64,000 nucleotides of DNA from Myxococcota bacterium (GTDB taxonomy: Bacteria; Myxococcota_A; SURF-8): the NCBI GenBank assembly GCA_965140415.1, contig OZ223209.1, forward strand, positions 1,312,001 through 1,376,000. The letters are read 5' to 3'. A program made the position numbers and the translations under genes. Below the pieces are notes generated by a model that saw only the letters and a program-made list of their open reading frames with translations, was not told where the DNA came from and did no database searches. This document shows positions 46,759 to 54,821 of this stretch, piece after piece (the first letter of the stretch is position 1; every line of letters begins with the position of its first letter).

Positions 46759-48075
46759 CTATTGAAGCTTACAGACTTTTTCGTTAGACAACGATAGCGG
46801 AACGTTGTAGCAGTAATAGCCTGCGGGACATTCACTATCGTCTACACAGTGTATTGTACAATAGCTGACCATATCTGTCAATTCGAGGAAATAGAAGCAG
46901 ACGGCATCGTCGATTATGAGATCGGCTCTGTCCGAGCCGCATTGCGCTTCGTTATCCGGTATGCGCCAGGAGCAGGGGGCGCCCATATCCAGCATACCGC
47001 CGCAGGTGGCATACAATTCCAGGTTGTCGTTGTCCGGATGTCCTTCCGGTTTTTTTCCGTACTTGGGAACGCATTGAAAGCCGGTGGCGTTGTTGCCGAG
47101 GTTGCGCTGCTTGCAGTGATACCCGCGCTCGCAATCCTCATCGGTGGTGCAGTTGGGGGCGCAGGCATACTCGATAACACCCTCCGGTCCCTGGAACTCC
47201 ACGCATCCGGCATCGGGACCGCAGGCGAAGTTGTCCATGGGGTTACAGGACTGGCAGGTGTTGGTGTCCGCCAGGCGCTGAACCGCCACCACGAATTCTC
47301 CCGCGCCTTGGGGAGAGTCCGTCTGGAAAATGGAATCGATCACCAGATAATAGGTCTTTCCGGTATCGGAGTGGAATTGGAACACATCCTGCTCGTTGGC
47401 GCGCCCGCTGTCGTCGCCTGCCAGGCAGTTGGGAAGAGGATCGCTGCAATCCGGCAGCAGATACACCGCCGGGTTGAAGTTCGAAGTGATCGGCACGACC
47501 GTGATTTTGACGTCGTCGCCCGCTTGCAGATCCAGCGAATAGACCACATCCCGGCCTGCGAACGGTGTGCTCATGCAGTCACCGGCGTCGAAATCGTTGC
47601 TGGCGGCGAAGGTGTAGCCGGATGTCGGAATGTCCAGTGGTATCGGAATCACGGTGTCGCAGGCATTTCCAGCGGGGACTTCATACTCGATTTCCGGCTC
47701 GCTTTCGATTTCCGGTTCCGATTCTTCATCAAGGTCGCCATCTGAACTGTCTACTTGTTCCACGGTATCCAGATCGCCGTCCGTGCTTTTGTCGGAGTCT
47801 AAATCGGCAGGGATTACATCGCTTTCCGTCTCATTTTCCTCAGAATCGACAGCATCTTGATCGCCTGTCTGCTCGGAATCGAGATCCGCATCGCCGTCGG
47901 GGATCGTATCCCCCGCGACGCATTCTCCCTGCCAGCATACCTGATTGCTCGTGCAATCCGCATCCTGTTTGCACTCGCCGGAAGAAAGGCTGGAGCTTTC
48001 GCAGCCAAGCAGCAGTCCGAGAACGAAAGACAATGAAATCATTGACAAAAGAAACTGTAAGCGCATCGATTGCAT
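46759..48075 (-). CDS. Cys-rich lipoprotein with acidic DGD linker and PPC-like domain
   Basis: Lipobox LLLG-C; CKQDADC; GNACD...DVVY...YYLVID; CTTDEDC repeats. Confidence 0.8.
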   Translation of the reverse strand: MQSMRLQFLLSMISLSFVLGLLLGCESSSLSSGECKQDADCTSNQVCWQGECVAGDTIPDGDADLDSEQTGDQDAVDSEENETESDVIPADLDSDKSTDGDLDTVEQVDSSDGDLDEESEPEIESEPEIEYEVPAGNACDTVIPIPLDIPTSGYTFAASNDFDAGDCMSTPFAGRDVVYSLDLQAGDDVKITVVPITSNFNPAVYLLPDCSDPLPNCLAGDDSGRANEQDVFQFHSDTGKTYYLVIDSIFQTDSPQGAGEFVVAVQRLADTNTCQSCNPMDNFACGPDAGCVEFQGPEGVIEYACAPNCTTDEDCERGYHCKQRNLGNNATGFQCVPKYGKKPEGHPDNDNLELYATCGGMLDMGAPCSWRIPDNEAQCGSDRADLIIDDAVCFYFLELTDMVSYCTIHCVDDSECPAGYYCYNVPLSLSNEKVCKLQ

Positions 48076-48296
48076 GGTACATCCCTTTCCATGTGCCTGT
48101 GTGATCCAAAATATACTCGAATCGGCAACGCGAGTAAAGCTTGAAATGTCAGTGAGATTCATGAATCCGGCCAGATGTGAAGATTTGTCCTGTTCGCACT
48201 CGCTTGAATGGGAGTCGGAAAACCGAATCGAACCCGGAGGCTTTCCAAACGAGGTTCGTTCAGGCTAACTCTTTGAAAAAGCATAGAAAGTGTTAC

Positions 48297-48325
48297 TTGA
48301 CAATCCCCCGTTTTCGCGGTACTGT
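48297..48325 (+). promoter_or_regulatory. Sigma70-like promoter of the nuo operon
   Basis: TTGACA-N17-TACTGT. Confidence 0.6.
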
Positions 48326-48430
48326 CGCTATCCAATATGGCTCACTGCGAATGGGTCATCTATCCCAACCCCGCAGAAAAGCGGATGATCAGGCGTCAGG
48401 TATAACCATATCCATAAGGGAGAGTGATAG

Positions 48431-48787
48431 GTGTCTACCGAGTATATGCCCGTTCTCATCATGCTGGTCGTGGCCTTTGGCGTAGGCGGAGCCGCCTGGC
48501 TGGTCGCTACGATCTTCGGTCCCAACCACAAGTCGCCCGTCAAGGATGCGCCGTTCGAATGCGGCAATCCCTCCTACGGAACCCAGGGAAAACGCTTCAG
48601 TATCAAGTTTTTCATCGTGGCGATTCTATTCCTGGTGTTCGATCTGGAGATTGTGTTCATCTACCCCTGGAGCGTATTGATGCGCCAGCTGGGTCTGTAT
48701 GGGCTTCTGATCATGCTGCCATTCATCACGGTGCTGGTTGTCGGCCTGGTGTATGAATGGAAAAAAGGAGCACTCGAATGGGAATAG
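48431..48787 (+). CDS. nuoA: NADH-quinone oxidoreductase subunit A
   Basis: PFECG, FLVFDLE, YEWKKGALEW. Confidence 0.96.
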   Translation: MSTEYMPVLIMLVVAFGVGGAAWLVATIFGPNHKSPVKDAPFECGNPSYGTQGKRFSIKFFIVAILFLVFDLEIVFIYPWSVLMRQLGLYGLLIMLPFITVLVVGLVYEWKKGALEWE

Positions 48788-49293
48788 AAAAAGCGCTCGC
48801 CGGAAAAGAGGGCTTTGTCACCACCACGGCTGAAGCCGTGCTTGGCTGGTCGCGCAAGTTCTCGCTCTTTCAGTATCCGTTCGTCACGGCCTGCTGTGGC
48901 ATGGAATACATGTCGGTCATGAATTCGCACTATGACCTGGCGCGTTTCGGGGCCGAAATCCCGCGCTTTACGCCGCGTCAGAGCGACGTGCTGTTCGTGG
49001 TCGGCACCGTCAACCACAAAATGGCACCGGTTCTTCGACGGGTCTACGACCAGATGGCCGAGCCGCGCTGGGTGATCGCTTTCGGTGCTTGCGCCTCGAC
49101 CGGCGGTGTGTACGACAACTACGCGGCGGTGCCTGGAATCGATCATATCGTTCCGGTGGATATCTACATCGCCGGTTGCCCTCCGCGTCCCGAGTCGGTG
49201 ATGAAGGGCCTGATGAAGTTGCAGGAAAAAATCGCCAAACGCAAATTGACCGACGACTACCCGGAAGTCCTGTCGGCGTCTACGGAGGAATAG
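48778..49293 (+). CDS. nuoB: NADH-quinone oxidoreductase subunit B
   Basis: TACCGME, TPRQSD, GACASTGG, GCPPRPE. Confidence 0.96.
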   Translation: MGIEKALAGKEGFVTTTAEAVLGWSRKFSLFQYPFVTACCGMEYMSVMNSHYDLARFGAEIPRFTPRQSDVLFVVGTVNHKMAPVLRRVYDQMAEPRWVIAFGACASTGGVYDNYAAVPGIDHIVPVDIYIAGCPPRPESVMKGLMKLQEKIAKRKLTDDYPEVLSASTEE

Positions 49294-49298
49294 GCCAG

Positions 49299-49850
49299 AT
49301 GCTGGACAAAGTCGTAGCGGCGCTTGAAAAGGCAGCCAAAGACGCGGTGTTGGAGCAGATTCCGGTGGCGGAGGACGATCGCCTGATCGTCGATGCCAAG
49401 CAGATCAAGACAATCTGCAAAGCCTTGAAAACGGACGCCGGGCTTGCTTTCGATTTGTTGGTGGAGTTGACTTGCGTGGATTATCTGGGTGAAGAACCGC
49501 GCTTCGAAATGATCTACCAGCTTTATTCGATGAAGAACAATTACCGCCTGCGCTTGAAGGCGCGTCTGCCTGAAGGCGAGGAAATCGATACGGTCAGCGA
49601 TGTCTGGCGGGTGGCCAATCCGCTGGAGCGCGAAGTCTGGGATATGTTCGGTGTGCGTTTCACGGGCCATCCCAACCTGAAGCGTTTGCTGATGTACGAA
49701 GAATTCGAGGGGCATCCGTTGCGCAAGGATTATCCGCTGAAAAAGCACCAGCCGATCATTCCGCTGATCAAGCCGATCGAAGTGCAGGACGATCCCCCTT
49801 ACATGTGGACAGAGGCGAACCGGCAGAGCCGACTCGCGGATGAGGATTGA
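49299..49850 (+). CDS. nuoC: NADH-quinone oxidoreductase subunit C
   Basis: EREVWDMFG.RF.GHP, GHPLRKDYP. Confidence 0.95.
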   Translation: MLDKVVAALEKAAKDAVLEQIPVAEDDRLIVDAKQIKTICKALKTDAGLAFDLLVELTCVDYLGEEPRFEMIYQLYSMKNNYRLRLKARLPEGEEIDTVSDVWRVANPLEREVWDMFGVRFTGHPNLKRLLMYEEFEGHPLRKDYPLKKHQPIIPLIKPIEVQDDPPYMWTEANRQSRLADED

Positions 49851-49894
49851 TACCCCGTAGACCATCGGGTTCCCTAACAGACTGAGGGTAACAC

Positions 49895-51100
49895 ATGAGC
49901 GATATCAAGAAGGATCCGGAAGTCAAAAAGCTGCCGTTCGATGTCATGGACATCCAGATCGGACCGTCACACCCGGCGATGCATGGAATCGTCAAATTCC
50001 AGACCAAGCTTTCCGGCGAAACGATCCTGGATATGGATGTTGAAATCGGCTATCTGCATCGCGCGTTTGAAAAGATGTGCGAGCATCGCAACTGGAATCA
50101 GAACATCGTGTTCACCGACCGGTTGAATTACTGCTCGGCACCGGCCAATAACGCGGCCTACGTTTCGGCGGTGGAGAAGCTCTGCGATTTCGAAATTCCC
50201 GAGCGCGCCAAGTGGGTCCGGCTGATCGTCACCGAAATCGCGCGCATCACCGACCATCTGGTGTGTACCGGCGCGACCATTATGGAATTGGGCGGTTTCA
50301 GCGCATACATGTATTTGGTGCAGGCTCGTGAAGAATGGTGGTTCATTCTCGACAAGCTCTGCGGGTCGCGTTTGACGACCAGCATGTCGCGCGTCGGCGG
50401 GCAGGCTTACGATTTGTACGATGGCTTCGAAGAAGACGTGGAAAAGGTGATCGCCTTCACACGCGAGAAAATGGACGAAGCCCATGTCATGCTTACGCGC
50501 AACCGGATTTTCTACGACCGCATGCGCGATACCGGCGTGATCACCAAAGAAGACGCCATCGACCTGGGTATTACCGGTCCCTTGTTGCGCAGCACCGGGT
50601 GCGACTATGACGTGCGCAAGGCCAAGCCGCACTGGACCTACGATCAGGTCGAGTTCGACGTGCCCACCGGTACCCATGGCGACAACTACGACCGCTTCCT
50701 GATCCGTTTCGAAGAGGCGGAACAGTCGATGCGGATTCTGGAACAGGCCATGAACAAGATCCCCGAAGGGGAAGTCTTCGTGCAGGACGACAAATTCTTC
50801 CTGCCGCACAAGGCCAAAACCTACAATCACATCGAAGGACTGATTCATCACTTCAAGGTGATCATGAACGGTCCTCCGGTTCCCAAGGGCGAAGCCTACT
50901 TCGCCATCGAATCGCCAAACGGAGAACACGGTTATTACGTCGTATCCGACGGCACCGGCACTCCCTATCGCGTGCGGGCGCGTCCTACCTGCCTGCCAGC
51001 GACCATGGCGATGCCCTTTATCTGCAAAGGCGGCATGGTGGCCGACATCATCCCGACCTTTGGATCCATTAACATGATCGGCGGCGAGTTGGAGCGATAA
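49895..51100 (+). CDS. nuoD: NADH-quinone oxidoreductase subunit D
   Basis: GPSHPAMHG, GYLHRAFEK, DRLNY, terminal GELER; no NiFe CxxC motifs. Confidence 0.96.
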   Translation: MSDIKKDPEVKKLPFDVMDIQIGPSHPAMHGIVKFQTKLSGETILDMDVEIGYLHRAFEKMCEHRNWNQNIVFTDRLNYCSAPANNAAYVSAVEKLCDFEIPERAKWVRLIVTEIARITDHLVCTGATIMELGGFSAYMYLVQAREEWWFILDKLCGSRLTTSMSRVGGQAYDLYDGFEEDVEKVIAFTREKMDEAHVMLTRNRIFYDRMRDTGVITKEDAIDLGITGPLLRSTGCDYDVRKAKPHWTYDQVEFDVPTGTHGDNYDRFLIRFEEAEQSMRILEQAMNKIPEGEVFVQDDKFFLPHKAKTYNHIEGLIHHFKVIMNGPPVPKGEAYFAIESPNGEHGYYVVSDGTGTPYRVRARPTCLPATMAMPFICKGGMVADIIPTFGSINMIGGELER

Positions 51101-51103
51101 GGC

Positions 51104-52201
51104 ATGGAACCTATCTGGCAAGTGGTAGCGGCATTGGTCAAGATCGGCGTGATTTTCGCTTTTGCCATGACGATTGCGGCCATTCTGACCTGGCAGGAAC
51201 GCAAGGAATCGGCGGCCATTCAGGACCGCATCGGTCCCAACCGGGCGCAAATTCCGGGTATCCCCTTTAAATTGTGGGGCTTATTGCACCTGGCGGCGGA
51301 CGGCGTCAAGATGATCTTCAAAGAAGACTTCACTCCGGCCAATGCGAACAAATTCCTGTTCCAGATCGCTCCGGTGATCGCCATCGTCCCGCTGATCTTC
51401 GCCCTGGCGGTGATTCCCTTCGGCGGCACGGTTACGATGTTCGGTTATCCGATCGAAATGCAGATCGCCAACGTCAATGCGGGTATCCTGTTCATCTTCG
51501 CATTCGGAGCGCTTTCCGTATACAGCTCCGTACTGGGCGGCTTCGCTTCGGATAACAAGTTCGGTCTGATCGGCGCGATCCGTACCAGCGCCCAGATGAT
51601 CTCTTACGAAATTACCCAGGGGTTGACCCTGGTCGGTATTTTCATGATCTTCCAAACGGTCATGTTAAACGAAATCGTAGCGTCTCAGGCCGGATCGCTG
51701 CTCCATTGGGGCGTGGTTGTACAGCCGATCGGCTTTTTGCTGTTTTTGGCGGCGGCCATTGCCGAAACCAAGCGGGCTCCCTTCGATCTGCCCGAGGGTG
51801 AAAGCGAGATCATCGGGTATTTCGTGGAGTATTCCGGCTTGAAATTCGGCTTGTTTTTTATTGGCGAATTTATGGAAGTTGTCATCGCGGGCATGCTGAT
51901 CACTGTGTTATTCTTCGGTGGACATCACATCCCGTGGCTGGACTGGGCGGTGGTGGAAAACTGGCTGAATGCCGTAGTCGGCACCAGCTGGCTGCCGGGA
52001 TTGATCGTGGCGTTATTGATGTTCGCGGTTTTCGCGGTCAAGGTGCTCTTTTTCTGCTTCTTCCAATTGCTGGTGCGCTGGACGCTGCCGCGTTTCCGCT
52101 ACGATCAGCTCATGGCGTTCGGCTGGAAGATGCTGCTGCCGCTCTCATTGGCCAACATGGTCGTAACGGCCATCATCCTGGTTATTTACGATCTGGCCTA
52201 A
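51104..52201 (+). CDS. nuoH: NADH-quinone oxidoreductase subunit H
   Basis: QDRIGPNR, ADGVKMIFKE, RAPFDLPEGESE, LPRFRYDQLM. Confidence 0.96.
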   Translation: MEPIWQVVAALVKIGVIFAFAMTIAAILTWQERKESAAIQDRIGPNRAQIPGIPFKLWGLLHLAADGVKMIFKEDFTPANANKFLFQIAPVIAIVPLIFALAVIPFGGTVTMFGYPIEMQIANVNAGILFIFAFGALSVYSSVLGGFASDNKFGLIGAIRTSAQMISYEITQGLTLVGIFMIFQTVMLNEIVASQAGSLLHWGVVVQPIGFLLFLAAAIAETKRAPFDLPEGESEIIGYFVEYSGLKFGLFFIGEFMEVVIAGMLITVLFFGGHHIPWLDWAVVENWLNAVVGTSWLPGLIVALLMFAVFAVKVLFFCFFQLLVRWTLPRFRYDQLMAFGWKMLLPLSLANMVVTAIILVIYDLA

Positions 52202-52211
52202 GGAGGAATCG

Positions 52212-52814
52212 ATGGCCTTCAAATACATGAATCACAACCACGAGCTGACTTTTTTAGAAAAGATCTATTATCCAGAGATCGCCAAGGGGCTTGCGGTTAC
52301 GTTCAAGCATTTCGTGCGCAACTGGATCGGCAAGCGTGATGTCGTCACGGCGCAATATCCCGAAGAGAGCTTCCCGCTTTCCTATCGGGCGCGCGGGCGT
52401 CATTATCTGACCAAGCGTTCCGACGGGCGACTGGCTTGTGTGGCTTGCATGATGTGCGCCATGGCCTGCCCGGCCAACGTCATCAAAATCGAAATCGGTG
52501 AAATGAAGAAACCCTTCTACACCGACCGTCAGAAGATCGACCGCTATCCCAAGTCCTTTACCATCGATCAACTGACTTGTATTTACTGCGGAATGTGCGT
52601 GGAAGCCTGTCCGGAAGACGCGATTCGCATGGACAGCGGCCAAACGATGATGGCGGTGTACGACCGCAAAGATGCAATGATGACCATCGATTTGCTCTCG
52701 GAGGAGCCCAAGCCGGAAGCGGAGAAAATCTTCAATCCGTTGCCGGGGCAGGAACCCGTCCCCGCTCCGCACGAGATTTTGAATCCCAAACCGTTCAAAG
52801 AACGGGAGTATTAA
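52212..52814 (+). CDS. nuoI: NADH-quinone oxidoreductase subunit I
   Basis: Two CxxCxxCxxxCP motifs; QYPEE. Confidence 0.95.
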   Translation: MAFKYMNHNHELTFLEKIYYPEIAKGLAVTFKHFVRNWIGKRDVVTAQYPEESFPLSYRARGRHYLTKRSDGRLACVACMMCAMACPANVIKIEIGEMKKPFYTDRQKIDRYPKSFTIDQLTCIYCGMCVEACPEDAIRMDSGQTMMAVYDRKDAMMTIDLLSEEPKPEAEKIFNPLPGQEPVPAPHEILNPKPFKEREY

Positions 52815-52855
52815 GCCGAAATTTCGATCGATTTCGACTCGAAGGGACACCCATT

Positions 52856-52894
52856 CAACGGGTAGGCGCATGGCTTGCCCGTTGTTTTTCTTTT
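52856..52894 (+). terminator. Terminator after nuoI
   Basis: CAACGGGTAGGC-gcatg-GCTTGCCCGTTG followed by TTTTTCTTTT. Confidence 0.8.
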
Positions 52895-52924
52895 ATGACG
52901 CGTGGGTTTAACGAGTAAGCAAGC

Positions 52925-53698
52925 ATGAACGAGACCGAAGCGAACATCTGTGAATTGAAAGGCGTGACGAAGCGCTTTTTACGCCGCGAAGGCTGGCGCG
53001 GCTGGCTGCCTGGCAGCGAGGCGGTGGAAGTCGTGGCGCTGGATCGTGTGGATCTGGCGGTTCGCAAGGGGGAAGTTGTGGGGCTCGTCGGCAAAAACGG
53101 CAGCGGAAAAAGCACCCTGCTTCGTTTAATCGCCGGTTTACTCGAATGCGAGGCGGGAACCACACGTGTTTTAGGCGTCGATCCGGTCAAGGAACCGATT
53201 GTTGTAGGCGTCGATGTCTCCTATGTCCTTAGTAACGACCGCAGCTTTTTCTGGCGCTTGAGTCTGCAACGCAACCTGGAGTTTTTCGGCATCCTGAACG
53301 ACATGCCGGGCGATCTGCTCAAACGTCGGGTGCAGGAATGCATCGACCTGTTGGGACTGCGTCAGGCGGCACGGCAGCCGTTTCGCGAATTGTCCGATGG
53401 CATGAAGCAGCGCGCGGCGATTGCACGCGGTTTACTGGCCGAGCCTCGTCTGTTGCTGGTCGATGAAGCGACGCGCAGCCTGGATCATGGACACGCGCAG
53501 AACGTGCGCCGCATTCTGCGAAAGCTGGCGGATGAGCGCAGTGTCGGCATTTTGTGGGCCAGTCACAATCTGGAGGAAGTCGAGGCGGTCTGCGATCGTG
53601 TAATTTTATTGGAAGCGGGTCATGTGGCGCTAGAGGGCGCACCGCTAGAGATTGGCGCGGAGATCCGTCGCCGCCTGGAACTGGAGGCGGCGTCATGA
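52925..53698 (+). CDS. ABC transporter ATP-binding protein
   Basis: GKNGSGKS, LSDGM, LLLVDE, SH. Confidence 0.93.
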   Translation: MNETEANICELKGVTKRFLRREGWRGWLPGSEAVEVVALDRVDLAVRKGEVVGLVGKNGSGKSTLLRLIAGLLECEAGTTRVLGVDPVKEPIVVGVDVSYVLSNDRSFFWRLSLQRNLEFFGILNDMPGDLLKRRVQECIDLLGLRQAARQPFRELSDGMKQRAAIARGLLAEPRLLLVDEATRSLDHGHAQNVRRILRKLADERSVGILWASHNLEEVEAVCDRVILLEAGHVALEGAPLEIGAEIRRRLELEAAS

Positions 53699-54534
53699 TG
53701 GCTTCTCGGAGCGCGGGTGTCAGCGGATTTCTGCGCAAGGCGTTTGCCTGGATTCGTAAGGACTTTTTAGAGGAGACCTCCTATCGCTTCGCCTTTTTCT
53801 TTTCGTTGTGGGGTATTCTGTTTGCGGTGGTGGTTTTCTTTTTCCTCTCGCGCGTGATGCCCGAGGCCACAAACGAAATGCTTGCCCGCTATGGCGGCGG
53901 CTATTTTCCCTTTGTGCTGGTGGGTTTTTCATTGGCGCATTATGTGGATCTGGCGTTGAACGGCATGTCCCGGCGTATCCGCGAAACGCAGATTCTGGGC
54001 ACCTTGGAAGCCTTACTCGCAACGCGCACCCCGGCCTGGCAGATTCTGTTGCTGTCGATTCTCTATCCGCTGTTGTCGATGGCGTTGATCGGCTTATTGT
54101 ATCTGTTTGTAGCCTGGCTCTTTTTCGGTCTGGACCTGTCGAAAGCGGTGTGGGGCTCGGCCTTCCTGTATCTCATTCTGACGATTTCCTCCCTGCTGCC
54201 TCTGGGCATCGTTTCCGCCTCGATCACCCTCGTTTTCAAGCGCGGCGATCCGGTAGCGTTCGCGTTGACGGGCTTGACCTACCTGCTTAGCGGCGTGTTC
54301 TATCCTGTGGCGGTGATGCCCGCCTGGTTGCAGACACTGGCCCAGTTCTTCCCGCTGACTCACGCACTGGAAGGCATGCGGAGGGCGCTGTCGGTCGGTG
54401 TCGGTGTGTTGCAGGAACCAAAACCGTTTCTGTTTCTTGTAGCGTTTACGGTCGTGCTGCTGCCCTTGTCGATCGTCCTGTTTTCACGCGCGCTGACCTA
54501 TGCTCGCCGCAGCGGTGGGCTACACCATTATTAA
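53695..54534 (+). CDS. ABC-2 type permease
   Basis: ATGA overlap with the ATPase; GTLEALL, LSGVFYP, PLTHALEGMR. Confidence 0.92.
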   Translation: MMASRSAGVSGFLRKAFAWIRKDFLEETSYRFAFFFSLWGILFAVVVFFFLSRVMPEATNEMLARYGGGYFPFVLVGFSLAHYVDLALNGMSRRIRETQILGTLEALLATRTPAWQILLLSILYPLLSMALIGLLYLFVAWLFFGLDLSKAVWGSAFLYLILTISSLLPLGIVSASITLVFKRGDPVAFALTGLTYLLSGVFYPVAVMPAWLQTLAQFFPLTHALEGMRRALSVGVGVLQEPKPFLFLVAFTVVLLPLSIVLFSRALTYARRSGGLHHY

Positions 54535-54598
54535 ACGTTCAACATTACCGGATAATGGGGCGGGTATTAGATGAAATGCACTGAACATCTTGACAGAT

Positions 54599-54669
54599 GG
54601 GTGGCGCGGGCTAAGCCGCAGGCTTGCCCGTGATCGGCATGGGCAAGCTTCGCTTTGCCCCTGGCACCC
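54599..54669. repeat. REP-like inverted doublet of GC-rich hairpins
   Basis: GGGTGGC-GCGGGCTAAGCC-gca-GGCTTGCCCGT and an inverted partner GGGCAAGC-ttc-GCTTTGCCC-CTGGCACCC. Confidence 0.55.
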
Positions 54670-54821
54670 TTTCACAATAGAAGCTTGGAATTGGACATCG
54701 TGACGATAGCTTCAAAACTTCCCCACATTTATTAGGTCTTCTTGACAAGCGCCGAACACTTGCGGTAGAGATGATATGGTATTAATGGCGGGGGTGTGCC
54801 GTCCGCCGAAGGGATGTCCAC

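Noticed and set aside
48778-51100. Group 4 [NiFe] hydrogenase
   Set aside because: The large subunit lacks both CxxC motifs, and the small subunit has the tandem CC typical of NuoB.
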